DNA of 64,000 nt from NCBI RefSeq assembly GCF_006345805.1, contig NC_043004.1, positions 12,710,001 to 12,774,000 of the forward strand. The letters are read 5' to 3'. Below, piece by piece: positions 36,397-47,971 of this stretch; position 1 is the first letter of the stretch, and every line of letters starts with the position of its first letter. Origin of the DNA: Octopus sinensis. Lineage: Eukaryota. The translations under genes and the position numbers were made by a program. Under the pieces are notes generated by a model that was given only the letters and a program-made list of their open reading frames with translations, was not told the origin of the DNA and searched no databases.

Positions 36397-36537
36397 TGCG
36401 GTTCGGCAAAAAGAGACCGATAGAATAAGTACTAGGCTTACAAAGAATAAGTACTGGGTCGATTTCCTCGACTAAAGGCGGTGCTCCAGCATGGCCGCAG
36501 TCAAATGACTGAAACAAGTAAAGGAGTAAAAGAGTAA
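36397..36537 (+). mobile_element. SINE family B, 3' part, inverted relative to its neighbour
   Basis: GCGGTTCGGCAAAAAGAGACCGATAGAATAAGTAC...GAAACAAGTAAAG. Confidence 0.88.
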
Positions 36538-36562
36538 AAGAGGTCCATTTCACTGCCTAGAC

Positions 36563-36903
36563 AGGGGTCCTCAAACATATTTTACCTATGAACCCCTTTG
36601 ATTACTATTTTATTGAGAAGAACCCTCATAGCCGTACGTTGTTTAAAACCTAGTTTTATAGAAACTTCTTTCAAAATTCCTATTTTGTTAAATATTACAG
36701 AAAAAAACCCAAACATCTTAGCTGTTTCTTGCTATACGTACCAATACAAACATGGAATGCAAAATTTTTTCATGAGCTCTTAAAATGCTATTATGGATCC
36801 CTAATTTACAAAATATTTATCGACCTCCCCACCACCACCACCACCACCAAAAAAATTTATATGGACCCTAAGGAGCTATATGGAATCTGGTCGAGAACTA
36901 GTG
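36563..36903. mobile_element. hAT (Charlie-like) MITE with an 8-bp TSD
   Basis: GCCTAGAC at 36555-62 and 36904-11; ends (C)AGGGGTCCTCAA ... TCGAGAACTAGTG; the target resembles the NTCTAGAN preference of Charlie elements. Confidence 0.75.
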
Positions 36904-37628
36904 GCCTAGACGTTTCTTCATTGGTGGGAGTCCATTGGTGTGAAGTGGAGACTATGATGATGGTGGAGGTGGCGCCAGTGATACTTATATTAATATTGAT
37001 GGTATTGATAGTGGAATAGATCGATTGAAGTGTTAATAATGGTATTGTCTGAGCTGAAGATATTGGTAGTGCAAAATGTGGTGGAGGTGGTTGTAGTGGT
37101 GGAGGCGATGCTGGTGGTGGTGTTAGTGATAATGTTAGTGGTTGTCATAGAGGTGGTGGACGGCTTATCGATATTAAAGGCGGTATCAACAATTTTTGTT
37201 ATCAGAGAAATTGCAAGAATGAGAATGTGTGTGTATGTGTATATACATATGTATGTATGTGTGTATGTATGTATGTATGTATGTATGTATGTATGTATGT
37301 ATGTATGTATGTATGTATTTATGTATGTATGTATGTGTGTGTGTGTAGGTATGTATGTATGTATGTATGTATGTATGTATGTGTGTGTGTATGTATGTGT
37401 GTGTGTGTATGTATGCATGTATGTATGTATGTGTGTATGTGAATAAGTGCATCTGTGAATACACACACACACACACACATATACATACACATTTATATCT
37501 ATCTTTATGCGCGCGTAGTGTGTTTATATTTACGTATGTATATGTGTGTGTGTGTGTGTGTGCGATCGTGCGCCTGTGTGATGTTAGATATGATAGGAGT
37601 ACTTTTGCCGTTCTGATTCTGATGTCAG

Positions 37629-37849
37629 GTGAATACAGTAATGAGAGAGCTGAGCGGAGGTGGGGGCGGGGTTGCACTGCTGGTGCTGCTGGTGGCATCG
37701 GCGGCGGTGGTGGTGGTGGTGGTGATGGTGGTGGTGGTGGTGGTGGTGGTGGTGGTGTCTTCATATTTCATATTGATAACAACGAAGCAGAAAGCAGCCA
37801 TACGCCAGAACGAGTAAAACTTCGTGAAACGAATTTTGATTCGAGTTGA
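37629..37849 (+). CDS. Candidate terminal coding exon of an unidentified gene (Gly-rich)
   Basis: Pyrimidine-leaning tract ending TCAG| (37627-28), phase 1. Open frame EYSNERAERRWGRGC..(G)n..VFIFHIDNNEAESSHTPERVKLRETNFDSS*, with AATAAA at 37853-58. No homology recognised; may be chance. Confidence 0.25.
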
Positions 37850-38189
37850 TGCAATAAAAGAATCGGCAGATATAACGGTTATGTATGGCTTTTAGGCAGC
37901 AAAACATAATGTGATTCTTCACCAAACACAGCAGATACAAGACTATAAAGTGGAAAAATATTAATTCCTAATAACTCACAAGCTACATTATCTCATAAAT
38001 ATAGAATCAGTGTTTCAGAAGAGAGCAGAAATTAGGAAATTGATTTGAAGCCAACGATTCTGTTGAAATGGGGAAGACATAAAGAGAAGTTTTTATCTTT
38101 CTTTTTAATGGACAAGTACAGAAGAGGGATGAAAATTTGGTTTTGGTTTTGTTGTGTATTGAGAATTGAGTGTTGTTGGGTAAGTGGAA

Positions 38190-38830
38190 GCCCGATGGAG
38201 AGGAGTGAGAGAAAAGAAGGAGAGAAAGACTGACAGAGTGGAAAGAGAAGAACGAAGAATAATCGGCGGTGGTGGCGGCAGCGGTGGTGGAGCAAAGAGT
38301 GATGATGGTATGGTGATGAGAGAGTGTTGGTTGAAATAGTGTAGATGGGGATATAGAGAAACGGATAAAAGGTGGGTGTAGCAGGAAAGAATGAAAAAGA
38401 AGACATAGAGTGAGGCGGAGAGTAAGGGTGAGAGTGACAGGGAGAGGGAGGGGGAGAGCGGTAGAAAGAGAGAGAGAGAGTGACAGAGAATTAAAGGAGA
38501 TGCCTCAAAAACTGGAGAGAAACAAGAGAGAAAGAGAATATTAAAAGGGTTGTAAGAGAGAGGGAGAGAGAGGAAAGAAGAGCAAAATAGGGAGACAAAT
38601 GACGAAAGACGCATGAAAATGGAAAAGGCAAGAGAGAAAGAAAGAGCGAGCAAGAGAAAGAAAGGGAGAGAGAGGAAAAGTCAAGGGCATTTATTTAATG
38701 AGAGGTATGTAAGGAAAAAGGGAATTTCAAGGGAAAGACAGAGAGAGAAAGAAAGTGTGTGTGTGGGAGAGAAAGTGGGAGAGAGAGAGAGAATTGAGGT
38801 GATGAAATGAAAGATAATTAAAGGAAGAAA
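38190..38830. repeat. Purine-rich (GA/GAA/GGA) low-complexity tract
   Basis: Strong plus-strand purine bias. Confidence 0.8.
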
Positions 38831-38939
38831 ATTTTGAGAGAGAGATGAGGTGGAAGGGCGTTTTAATAAACATCGAGCGGTGTATGTGTGAAATTGGGAA
38901 AATATGGTTATGTAGAGTAAGAAGGAAGACTAAATAAAT

Positions 38940-38966
38940 TGATAGATAGACAGGCAGGTAGGTAGG

Positions 38967-39025
<59 letters not shown>

Positions 39026-39027
39026 AT

Positions 39028-39066
<39 letters not shown>

Positions 39067-39099
39067 AAGATAGATAGATAGATAGATAGACAGATAGAC

Positions 39100-39143
<44 letters not shown>

Positions 39144-39164
39144 GGATGGATGGATAGATAGATG

Positions 39165-39198
<34 letters not shown>

Positions 39199-39215
39199 AA
39201 GATAAATAGATAGAT

Positions 39216-39262
<47 letters not shown>

Positions 39263-39279
39263 AAGATAGATAGATAAAT

Positions 39280-39346
<67 letters not shown>

Positions 39347-39355
39347 CAGATAGAC

Positions 39356-39403
<48 letters not shown>

Positions 39404-39467
39404 GGATGGATGGATAGATAGATGGATAGATAGATAGATAGATAGATAGAAAGATAGAAAGATAGAT

Positions 39468-39514
<47 letters not shown>

Positions 39515-39660
39515 GAGAGATAGTTAGATAGATAGATAGAAAGATAGATAGATATGCATATATATATATATATACATAAAGATAGATAAATAGATAGATA
39601 TGCATATATATATATATATATATATACATAAAGATAGATAAATAGATAGATATGCATATA
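38940..39660. repeat. (GATA)n satellite with ~256-260-bp and ~50-bp higher-order duplications
   Basis: Variant blocks GACAGATAGACAG at ~39089/39345 and GATGGATGGATGG at 39141/39401; GATATGCATATATA recurs at ~39551, 39598 and 39648. Confidence 0.9.
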
Positions 39661-39670
39661 TATAAATATA

Positions 39671-39709
<39 letters not shown>

Positions 39710-39979
39710 GTAGAGAGCGTTATAATAGGCGTGGCTGGGTGAGTTGACCAGAGAATCTGAAGGAAGTTGAGGGAAAGTACGGATGATGTAAATTTAACTA
39801 ATCAAAAGGTAAAAGATGGAAGAAAGAGAAAGGTGGTGGCTGGGAGGCTGGGAGGAAGGAGTGAGGGGCAGGAATGGTGTGGAGAAAGATGACAAGGAAG
39901 AGAAACATGTAACGAGGCGTTTTGTTTAGTTCTGTGTTTAATGACAGGATTATCAACGTAATTGCCAACGCCAACGCCA

Positions 39980-40375
39980 ACGTCGTCGTTGTCGTCATCA
40001 TCATCATCACCAACACGACGACGACGACCACCACCACGACCACCACCACAACCACCACAACCACCACAACCACCACTACTAACACCACTACAATTATCGT
40101 CATCAGCAGCAACAGCAGCATCACCATCACGACCACCCTCCCCAACTGCATTATGACATCGGCCACGACCAAAGCTACTACCTCAATCGCCACCACTTCT
40201 AGCATCACTGTTGTCATCATCATCATCATCATCATCATCATCAACATCATCTCTCTTCTTCTTCTTCTTCTTCTTCTTCTTCTTCTTCTTCTTCTTCTTC
40301 TTCTTCTTCTTCTTCTTCTTCTTCTTCTTCTTCTTCTTTTTCACCATCGCCGTCGTTTTCGCCGTCATCACCATT
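39980..40375. repeat. Compound trinucleotide tract (CAT/ACG/ACC/CTT)n including a pure (CTT)n of ~85 bp
   Basis: Visible. Confidence 0.92.
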
Positions 40376-40387
40376 ATTTGACAGTCC

Positions 40388-40728
40388 AAAGGCGGCGAGC
40401 TGGCAGAATCGTTAGCACGCCGGGCGAAATGCTTCGCGGTATTTCGTCTACCTTTACGTTCTGAGTTCAAATTCCACTTGGGTCGACTTTGCCTTTCATC
40501 GTTTTGGGGTTGATAAATCAAGTACCAGTTACGCACTGGGGTCGATGTAATCGACTTAATCCGTTTGTCTGTCCTTGTTTGTCCCCTCTATGTTCAGCCC
40601 CTTGTGGTCAATAAAGAAATAAGAAACGTTAGCATACTGGGCGAAATGCTTCGCGGTATTTCGTCTGCCTTTACATTATGTGTTCAAATTCCGCCGAGGT
40701 TGACTTTACCTTTCATCCTTTCGGGGTC
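40388..40728 (+). mobile_element. SINE family A, dimeric, 3' end cut by the R4 fragment
   Basis: AAGGCGGCGAGCTGGCAGAATCG head; second unit from ~40625 ends at TTCGGGGTC. Confidence 0.9.
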
Positions 40729-42010
40729 CAAAGAACAATATCTGACCTGTTACGCTTGCATTTGACAGAAATTTTAATGGGAATATTTCACCAGTATTTC
40801 TTGAGTTGGTGTTTATGAATGTATTCCATAACAGAGGGATTTTCTAAGTTTATTTCCGGACAGTCTTTTTTGCGGATGGCATTGTAAATTGTTTTAGCAA
40901 CAACATCGTGCCGCATAGGGAAGTAGTACCGTGACGACATTTTAGGACAGCTGCTAATCACGTGTAATGTCTTTCACAGAAACATGACGTAGCCTACCTA
41001 TGCGGTTTCACCTTGGTATTACAAGAGCATTACTGTCTCTCCTGTTCATGATATACTTTGTGGCAATCTCATTTTCCTGGATTGCAAACGCATAGCCTTC
41101 ACAATGTGATGTGATGTAGAGATCTCCTACCCAAGATAAGCTGCACTTCGTGTCAGTTCTACTGTCTTCTTCAAGATTCAGCGTAACATACCCATGCATG
41201 GTCTTTATTTTTGTATGCTGAATGCTTTTCATCCAGGCCTTCTCTAAGGTAAGAGAGCCCAGCTGTTTTGGGGCTGTATAAGAGATCATCAGGAAAAGAG
41301 TGTTTCTTGAGGAGTTCAGCGCCAGCTCGTACAATGTTACTCACTTCACTTTTCAGAACTACTTTAATATATTTATTTTTGCTGCTGTTGTTTAGCAGGT
41401 GTTGCCTGAGTGATACTATACGGCATTCGAAGGCCGTCTGCACTGATCTCAAGCCTCTACCACCTTCATTTCTTGTTAGGTAGAGCCTGTCAACATCAAT
41501 AGTTCTGTGGAAGTTTCCAGTTCTTGTCAGGAATTTGCGGGTTTTTATATCTACGGAGTGGATTTCCTCTACAGACCAATCAGGTATCCCAAATTTGGGG
41601 ATTAGTACTGGTATTGCAAATGCATTGTTGTCAAAAAGAGAGTTCCGACTGCCATGTTTTCCTAAGTCTGGTGTAATATTTTCGGGTCACTCTGTCTTAA
41701 TTCACATTTTCGATTCATTTTCGTCTATGCCTAGGTACTTGTAACATTCTTTGTGTGGAATGGGAGAGATAGAGAGAGACCATTGATGCACAGGTTTTGG
41801 GTTTGGGAGACTGACTTACCTCGTTCTATGAACATTTCTTTTGACCAAATTCGATAACTATATCAGCTGAAAATGTTATTAATTGCAGTTCTTTTTTGGC
41901 ATTGTTAACACTTTTAGCATAAATCTTCAGGTCGTCTACAAAGAAATTATGGGTTACATTGATATTTCTAGCAGTTGAAGATCCTAGCATGAAACCACTT
42001 GATTTTTGCA
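40728..42010 (-). mobile_element. R4/Dong-clade LINE segment A: RT domains 5-7, CCHC region, start of the RLE
   Basis: THNFFVDDLKIYA, YLG, GGRGLRS, EGYAFAIQENEIATK, ISSCPK..RHDVVAKTIY, KRNRSDIVLW on the minus strand, with stops and frameshifts. Confidence 0.9.
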
Positions 42011-42197
42011 GTTCGAACTAGCCGGTCGATTTCTATTTCTGAAAATCCCAGTTTATCCAAATTCTCCTTTAAGCAATTACTAACAAAACCTAGTGCTCCA
42101 ATTATTATTGGTATGAATATAAATTCATAGTCTGGATATAGAAGCTGAAGTTTTCGAAGCAGTTATCAATAGATATCCTCTTTTCTTTAATTTTCAA

Positions 42198-42200
<3 letters not shown>
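42010..42200 (-). mobile_element. R4/Dong-clade segment B: RLE C-terminal piece lying upstream of segment A
   Basis: LLRKLQLLYPDYEFIFIPIIIGALGFVSNCLKENLDKLGFSEIEIDRLVR. Confidence 0.85.
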
Positions 42201-42228
<28 letters not shown>

Positions 42229-42259
42229 TGTATGTATGTATGTATGTATGTATGTATGT

Positions 42260-42850
42260 TATTGTTCAGTTTATTTCAAGATTTCTTGCCAATAAAGAGC
42301 AGTTTTCTAGCCTAAATTCAAAGCTGTTTCATTGGAATTTCAACATCAACATCAAGGTATTTTTGTTTATATGTATGTATATATGTACATGATCAGATTT
42401 ATATATCTTGATATATGTATGCACTCTCATTAATATAGTTGCATATCTAGACATGCTCATATATATGTAAAGGATAAACTTCTAGAAAGTTTTACAGATT
42501 TTTTTTTACAGTTCCAGTGATGGATTCGATCAGTAGTCTTCGAATTAGCTTTCTCCTTTCTAGTTTTGAGAAGCCTAATTTCTTAAGATTGTTATTTAGG
42601 TAGTGTGTTACATATCCCAGGACTGCAATAATTACAGGTAAATTATGGATAAAGTAACTGCAGATTTCTCAGTAGTTCACCGTAGGTGTTCTCTTTGTCA
42701 CAGATTTTCAGCTTTATATTAACATCTACTGGGAAGCTAATTCCCACAACTGTGCACAGTTTCTCTTCTCTATCGCAAATCATTATATCAGGTATGTTGT
42801 ACTTACATTTTATGTATGTGTGTATGGACTTGTTATGAAAGACATTTTAA
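42260..42850 (-). mobile_element. R4/Dong-clade segment C: RLE, 3' UTR and (CATA)n tail (42199-42259)
   Basis: PDIMICDREEKLCTVVGISFPVDVNIKLKI..ENTYGELLRNLQLL; a later frame reads LNNNLKKLGFSKLERRKLIRRLLIESITGT; the UTR runs directly into (CATA)n. Confidence 0.82.
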
Positions 42851-42984
42851 ATTCTTAGAAAACTTCTACTAAAAATACCTTCATCGCATTTTAAACATTA
42901 AATGGAGTTCTTTTTACCCCAAACACAGTTGTCTCTGCATCTGCATGCATCAGCTCAATTAAAGCTATGATTTTGAAGAACCAA

Positions 42985-43692
42985 GTGTTCGAATGGCGGA
43001 TGAACGCATGCCAAAACAGCTGTTTTATGGTGAGCTTGCAGAAGGGAAACGCTATCGGTGTAAACCTAAAAAGAGATTTAAGGACGGCATAAGGACTACT
43101 ATGAAGTCACTTGGAATGGATCCAGAAGACAAAGAAACCCTTGCTTCGGATCGAGCTGGATGGCGATCAAAAGTGTGAAGTTGAAGAGAACCAGGATAAC
43201 GCATGTAAGACTCGAAAGAGATCTAAGAGAGAATGCTACGATTGAGAAGGTGAATGACAATGACCTTTTTGTGTGCACAGTTTGTGATAGACCATGCCTT
43301 TCTTTTGCTGGGCTCAAATCTCATTTGCGAACCCATGGAATACGAACCTTCACCAAATTTTCTGCTTACATGTCTGTGCACACCTTTGAATACTGTGTAT
43401 GCCAGAACGTTTGCAAATCTAACGGAGGCCTCAAAAGACATTTTAAGATCCACAAAGTTTAGAACTTATCTACAGCTCTTGGTGGTTCAAATCGGATGTG
43501 CTATCTATGTGGGTGTCTTTTCAGAATATTGTCTGGTTTAAAAAGCCACAACAGGTGCCATGATGTTTCTAAGGTGTAAGTACAAGAGGTGGTCAAACTC
43601 TGCATAAGGAGTAGACAACCACCATGTATGTATGTATGTATGTATGTATGTATGTATGTATGTATGTATGTATGTATGTATGTATGTATGTA
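42985..43692 (+). mobile_element. 5'-truncated RTE-clade LINE 3' end with 2-3 C2H2 fingers and an (ATGT)n tail
   Basis: RMADERMPKQLFYGELAEGKRYRCKPKKRFKD..LASDRAGWR (RTE C-terminus); CTVCDRPCLSFAGLKSHLRTH; CVCQNVCKSNGGLKRHFKIH; frameshifted third finger C..CGCLFRILSGLKSHNRCH. Confidence 0.9.
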
Positions 43693-43899
43693 TATGTGTG
43701 ACAGTATGTTGTCTTTTGTGTTTGTACACATATAGACATATGTGTTTGTACATTCAAGTCCTTAGTTACGATCAGGTGAGAGTAGCAGAACCTTACAAAT
43801 CACTGGCCAAAACTCCATGTTTGCTGAATGTAGAACAGCAGGTCAATGAAACACTCTTTCTAACGTTTCTGTTGTGGAGCCACTACATGATTATTTGAC

Positions 43900-44030
43900 A
43901 TGGTGGAAATAGCAGCCAAATGTTGCTAACATCATACTCCATCGGCTTAAAATGATGAAGGACAGAATGGATAATGCATACCTAAATATCCTTAAAAAAG
44001 GCTGGAAGGTCACGGCTGAAATTGTATATA
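43900..44030 (+). repeat. Interspersed repeat family E
   Basis: GGAAATAGCAGCCAAAT...GGATAATGCA...GGTCACGGCTGAAAT. Confidence 0.5.
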
Positions 44031-44064
44031 AAGTTTTAAAATAATGATTGTAACATTTGGCAGA

Positions 44065-44205
44065 AGGCCAACAAGTTAGGGAAAGGGTTTGGTCGATTGC
44101 CTTGACCCCAATATTCCACTTGTACTTATTTTATCGATTTCGAAAGGATGAAAGGCAAAGTCATCTTCGGCGGCCGGCTTGCTAAAGATTCTAACAGCTC
44201 GCAGT
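44065..44205 (-). mobile_element. SINE family A, partial
   Basis: CGAAAGGATGAAAGGCAAAGTC on plus. Confidence 0.7.
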
Positions 44206-45084
44206 CTTTATGAATATAGAAATGATAGCAATTAAATACAATTAGTTTGAAAAACCCTTTGGGGAAAATCGATGGTTATTCGTAGAAGTCGAACGCACAT
44301 CTACTATAAACACGACAGGCGTTCTACCTATCATGTCTTCAGATGTGGGTTTGTGACCAACGGCAGCCTTCGGCTTTCTCTGTCCCAAAGGGCTTTAAAT
44401 TCACTATTTATATGCTCTTAGTTTTAGCTTTATATATACCTCGAAAACAAATTCGAAAAGAAGAATTATTCCACGTCCTCTCCAAGGCTTATAAATTCTT
44501 ATGACGTCAATTCCTTGTCCTGATATATATGCTGAATCAATTAAGACTGTTAAACACCCGTTTTGCAGCTCAGAGAAAAGGTGAATATGGTGATTCAAAC
44601 TGTTAAAAATAGAAACCTAATCGCCCTCAAATCTGATATTGGCGTGTTGATAAAGACACCAATATAAGATTCTGTTGGATAATTATATAGTTCTAGATAT
44701 CCAAAAGATGAGAGTTGGCATGATTCGGTAAAAGGCAGCTTTTATCTTTGTGTTCTATTTCAAGAATAAGATTTCTGTAAACAGGCAAATACAAAACAAA
44801 TATTTCCTAATTAAGAAAGGGTGTTGGTTGAAAAATCAGACATTTCTAAAATGTTCCATTTTATTTTACATAAAAAACTTCTGCTGCAAACAGATACCGT
44901 TTACTCAAAATTGAAGTGAAACCCACAACCGAATACTTCGCATATATCTGATTCTATACTGTTGCTACAGATCACACCCAAAAGAGATCTATTCGAATGA
45001 TCGACAAACGCGTAAACATATTCACGCCATTTCTCAACATTCTCTCTGTTTTCTCTTTCTGTTTATTCTACCCGTGAGATATCT

Positions 45085-45960
45085 TAAGCCCTTCGATCCA
45101 TAAGGATCATAGGCCATCTGTTACTTTTCCCCACTGCACTCGACTCCGGACTGTCTTTTCTACTTCTCTCCAGTTCGTTTTCTGGTTTTTCAGCTCTGCC
45201 CACTACCCCATCGCCAGCTGTTTGTAGGGTGTCCTTCCGGACTTTGCTGCACCATGTCAAACGCTTCCCTGGGTAGAAGTCCGCCCTCTTCCAGGTTTTG
45301 TTGGCACCCGAATTGTAATCGATACTCCAGTAACTTTGCTTTCTTTCTAGGTATAAGTTTTGCAAAGCCAAATATTTCTGGGAAGAGATGGTCCATACAA
45401 GTCTGGCCTCGAGCGTTTGGCTTGTTCATTATGCGAGACCCTTCTAGGACCTTGTACTCCACTGGCATAGGTCTTAGGATCATTAAGGCTTACAAACCAC
45501 CACAGCTACAAAGACTAGACCTCATCGGATATAGTCAGTTAATACCCACCTCTAGTGAAGCTCATCCAAGGCATCAGTGGATCCTCTCTTTATGCATACT
45601 ATATCTTCCGCATCCACGATAGGTTCGACACTATATAATTTTTTCCATCCTTAATTTTTTGAACATGATTTTCTGGTAGATATTTAATATATTTTTTATG
45701 TGACTTACTCAGTCCTACAAATACGGTCATATCCATATAGTTCATTTCGAACAGGTGAGGACTATCTCTAGAACTGCCAGTGTTTTCGGAAATTACCCAT
45801 AATCCCCAACTTGAAGGCTCATCAGACGAGATTACTCTCTCCCCGTTGATGCTTAGAATCGTTCACATCATCCACTAATCCTCTATAGAACGCTACACTT
45901 AACTTTTCGCAGGCCTTATTGCCCATCTAACGGAATGCAATATCTACCTGACAAAATTCA
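45085..45960 (-). mobile_element. Highly decayed RTE/RTEX-like LINE 3' fragment
   Basis: Frame-hopping remnants HLFPEIFG..LLEYRLQF, GRGRTSTQ and NWREVEKTVRSRVQW resemble RTE C-termini; homology is weak. Confidence 0.45.
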
Positions 45961-46484
45961 GATACTAAGCGCCTCGTTTTGGCTTGCGATAGATGCAGGA
46001 TTGCAGTTTGGTCAAAACCACGAAAAGTTGAGAGATAGGTCACTCATCTGTTCACCATCGTATTCGTAGTTGCGGTCGACGAATAATCTTTGTAAATGTG
46101 TCAGTCTCTGAGCACGACTGGACTTCATCATCCACGAAATTATAATCGATAGCACATGGATCAAACAAGTGGAACGTGTAGTCCTATTGGATACCATCAA
46201 GATACTTCAAATACAATGGATAAAAACCACAGGCAGCATATTTCCTATAATTATTTCTTAATGCTATGAAGTATCCACTACAAATGTCTTAATGATAGAA
46301 ATAGCACCAAAACTCATACTAAAAGTAACACTAAAATAACACAGGAACCGGAACTCCCTCATCCCTCTCTTCCCACTGCATAGCACAAACTTCAATGTAA
46401 ATCACTCTTCTTACAATCAATATTTAACACACTTTCAGAGCACAATAAGAGGAGCCAAGGAGGGAGCCTCCGTTTAGTCTTTCG

Positions 46485-46650
46485 ATCTGCTAGAAATAGC
46501 AACCAAATCTCTCTAAATCACATCTTACCGTTTTAAAGGAAAATATTCTGGATAATATAATCGTAGGTTCTTTGCACAGAGACGAAAAGATTGGAGTATC
46601 TTTAATCACAGGTTCGCTCGGTCAGCATTGAGGTGGAGATAAACGTCAAC
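46485..46650 (+). repeat. Interspersed repeat family E
   Basis: GCTAGAAATAGCAACCAAATCTCTCTAAATCACA...CACAGGTTCGCTCGGTCAGC...TAAACGTCAACAA. Confidence 0.55.
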
Positions 46651-47840
46651 AAAAGAAAGGAAACCTTATATGGACGTTTGATCTGGTAAAAACGATAAAG
46701 TTTCTCTTCAAACCGCAACCTGACTGGTGTCTTAAGAAAAAGAACACATCGGATGCTGTAACTCGGGGTGCACTAAAACTGAAAAAAGAGAAAAAAAGTG
46801 AAAAAGAAGGAACCCAAAATATAGATGAAATGGTCATCTGCGGAACGTCTTTGATCGAAGGACAGCCGAAGTAAAGTTGATTAGGAGATGAATAACTAAT
46901 AACAACAACAACAATAAAGTTGCACCCAATGGTGCAAGTGAAAAGTTCGTACGAAACTATAGAAAACACATAGGGAAAATAATTTAATTATATATGTTTC
47001 AATTATGATTCAGAACAAACTGTTGGAGTTGAATCTTCGTTCGCTTCTTCTTCAAAGTTTCGATCACCGCCACAGCTGTTATTGTGAAAGTTATGATGGA
47101 CGCAGTTCTGATGACTATATTTGGAAGGAAATCAAAAATATATCAATATCGCTTAATTGATTTTGTGTTTGATCATGCACCTATGTCTAATGTACTGTGA
47201 GAGTTAGCTGAGTAATAGATAGATGTGGATTTTGAAAGCATTTAAACAGTAGGTTTAATTCTACTGTACATTGGGAATTTTCTAATTACGATTAATTCAA
47301 GTGATTTTCTTGTCACCGTTTAGAATTTCAATGAAAAGTGGAATAGAGTGTCTTGGGAAACATTTAATTGCTGCATCAATTCTGTTCTATTATGCCTTAT
47401 TTGATATCAGTCAATAACCTGTGGCCATGCTGGGGCACAACTGGAAGCATTTTAGCCGATTATATCGAATGCAGTATTTTGACTAATATATATCGATGTT
47501 GTGATGGATAAAAAGCAGTGGGCCATGATGTAACGGGAGATGACTCGGATGGGAATATAGATTTTTGCAAGGAACAGTTTTGCTCAACTAATTTCCTTCC
47601 CCATCCACACCTATAAAGTACACTCACATATATATGTGTGTGTGTGTGCGCGCGCGTGTGTGGGTGTGTGTGTGTGTGTGTGTAATAATGAAGGCAGCTA
47701 TACGCAATGTGAAATCAAAAAGAAAAAAATCAATTGTCACTAATTGTGATTGAGGGAACCCACTGGCACCCATATTACTAGAAATAAGAGTTAAAACACC
47801 TTAGAGCCGCAAGCAAGCATACTTTCATATACTGATACGG

Positions 47841-47943
<103 letters not shown>

Positions 47944-47971
47944 GAAGAGAGAGAGAGAGAGAGTGAGTGAG

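Noticed and set aside
38727-39657. 300-aa and 249-aa ORFs, the longest in the track
   Set aside because: Entirely (CTAT)n repeat; no stop codon is possible in those frames.
44290-44350. Minus-strand CTGAAGA with CACAT/ATGTG flanks
   Set aside because: Second core box is GAAC and helices II/III do not form.
46633-46876. Open plus frame GGDKRQQKKGNLIWTFDLVK...GQPK*
   Set aside because: Its putative acceptor lies inside a family-E repeat tail, there is no start codon and no homology was recognised; left unannotated.
47100-47150. CTGATGA...GAAA at ~47107
   Set aside because: No helix I or helix III pairing can be formed.
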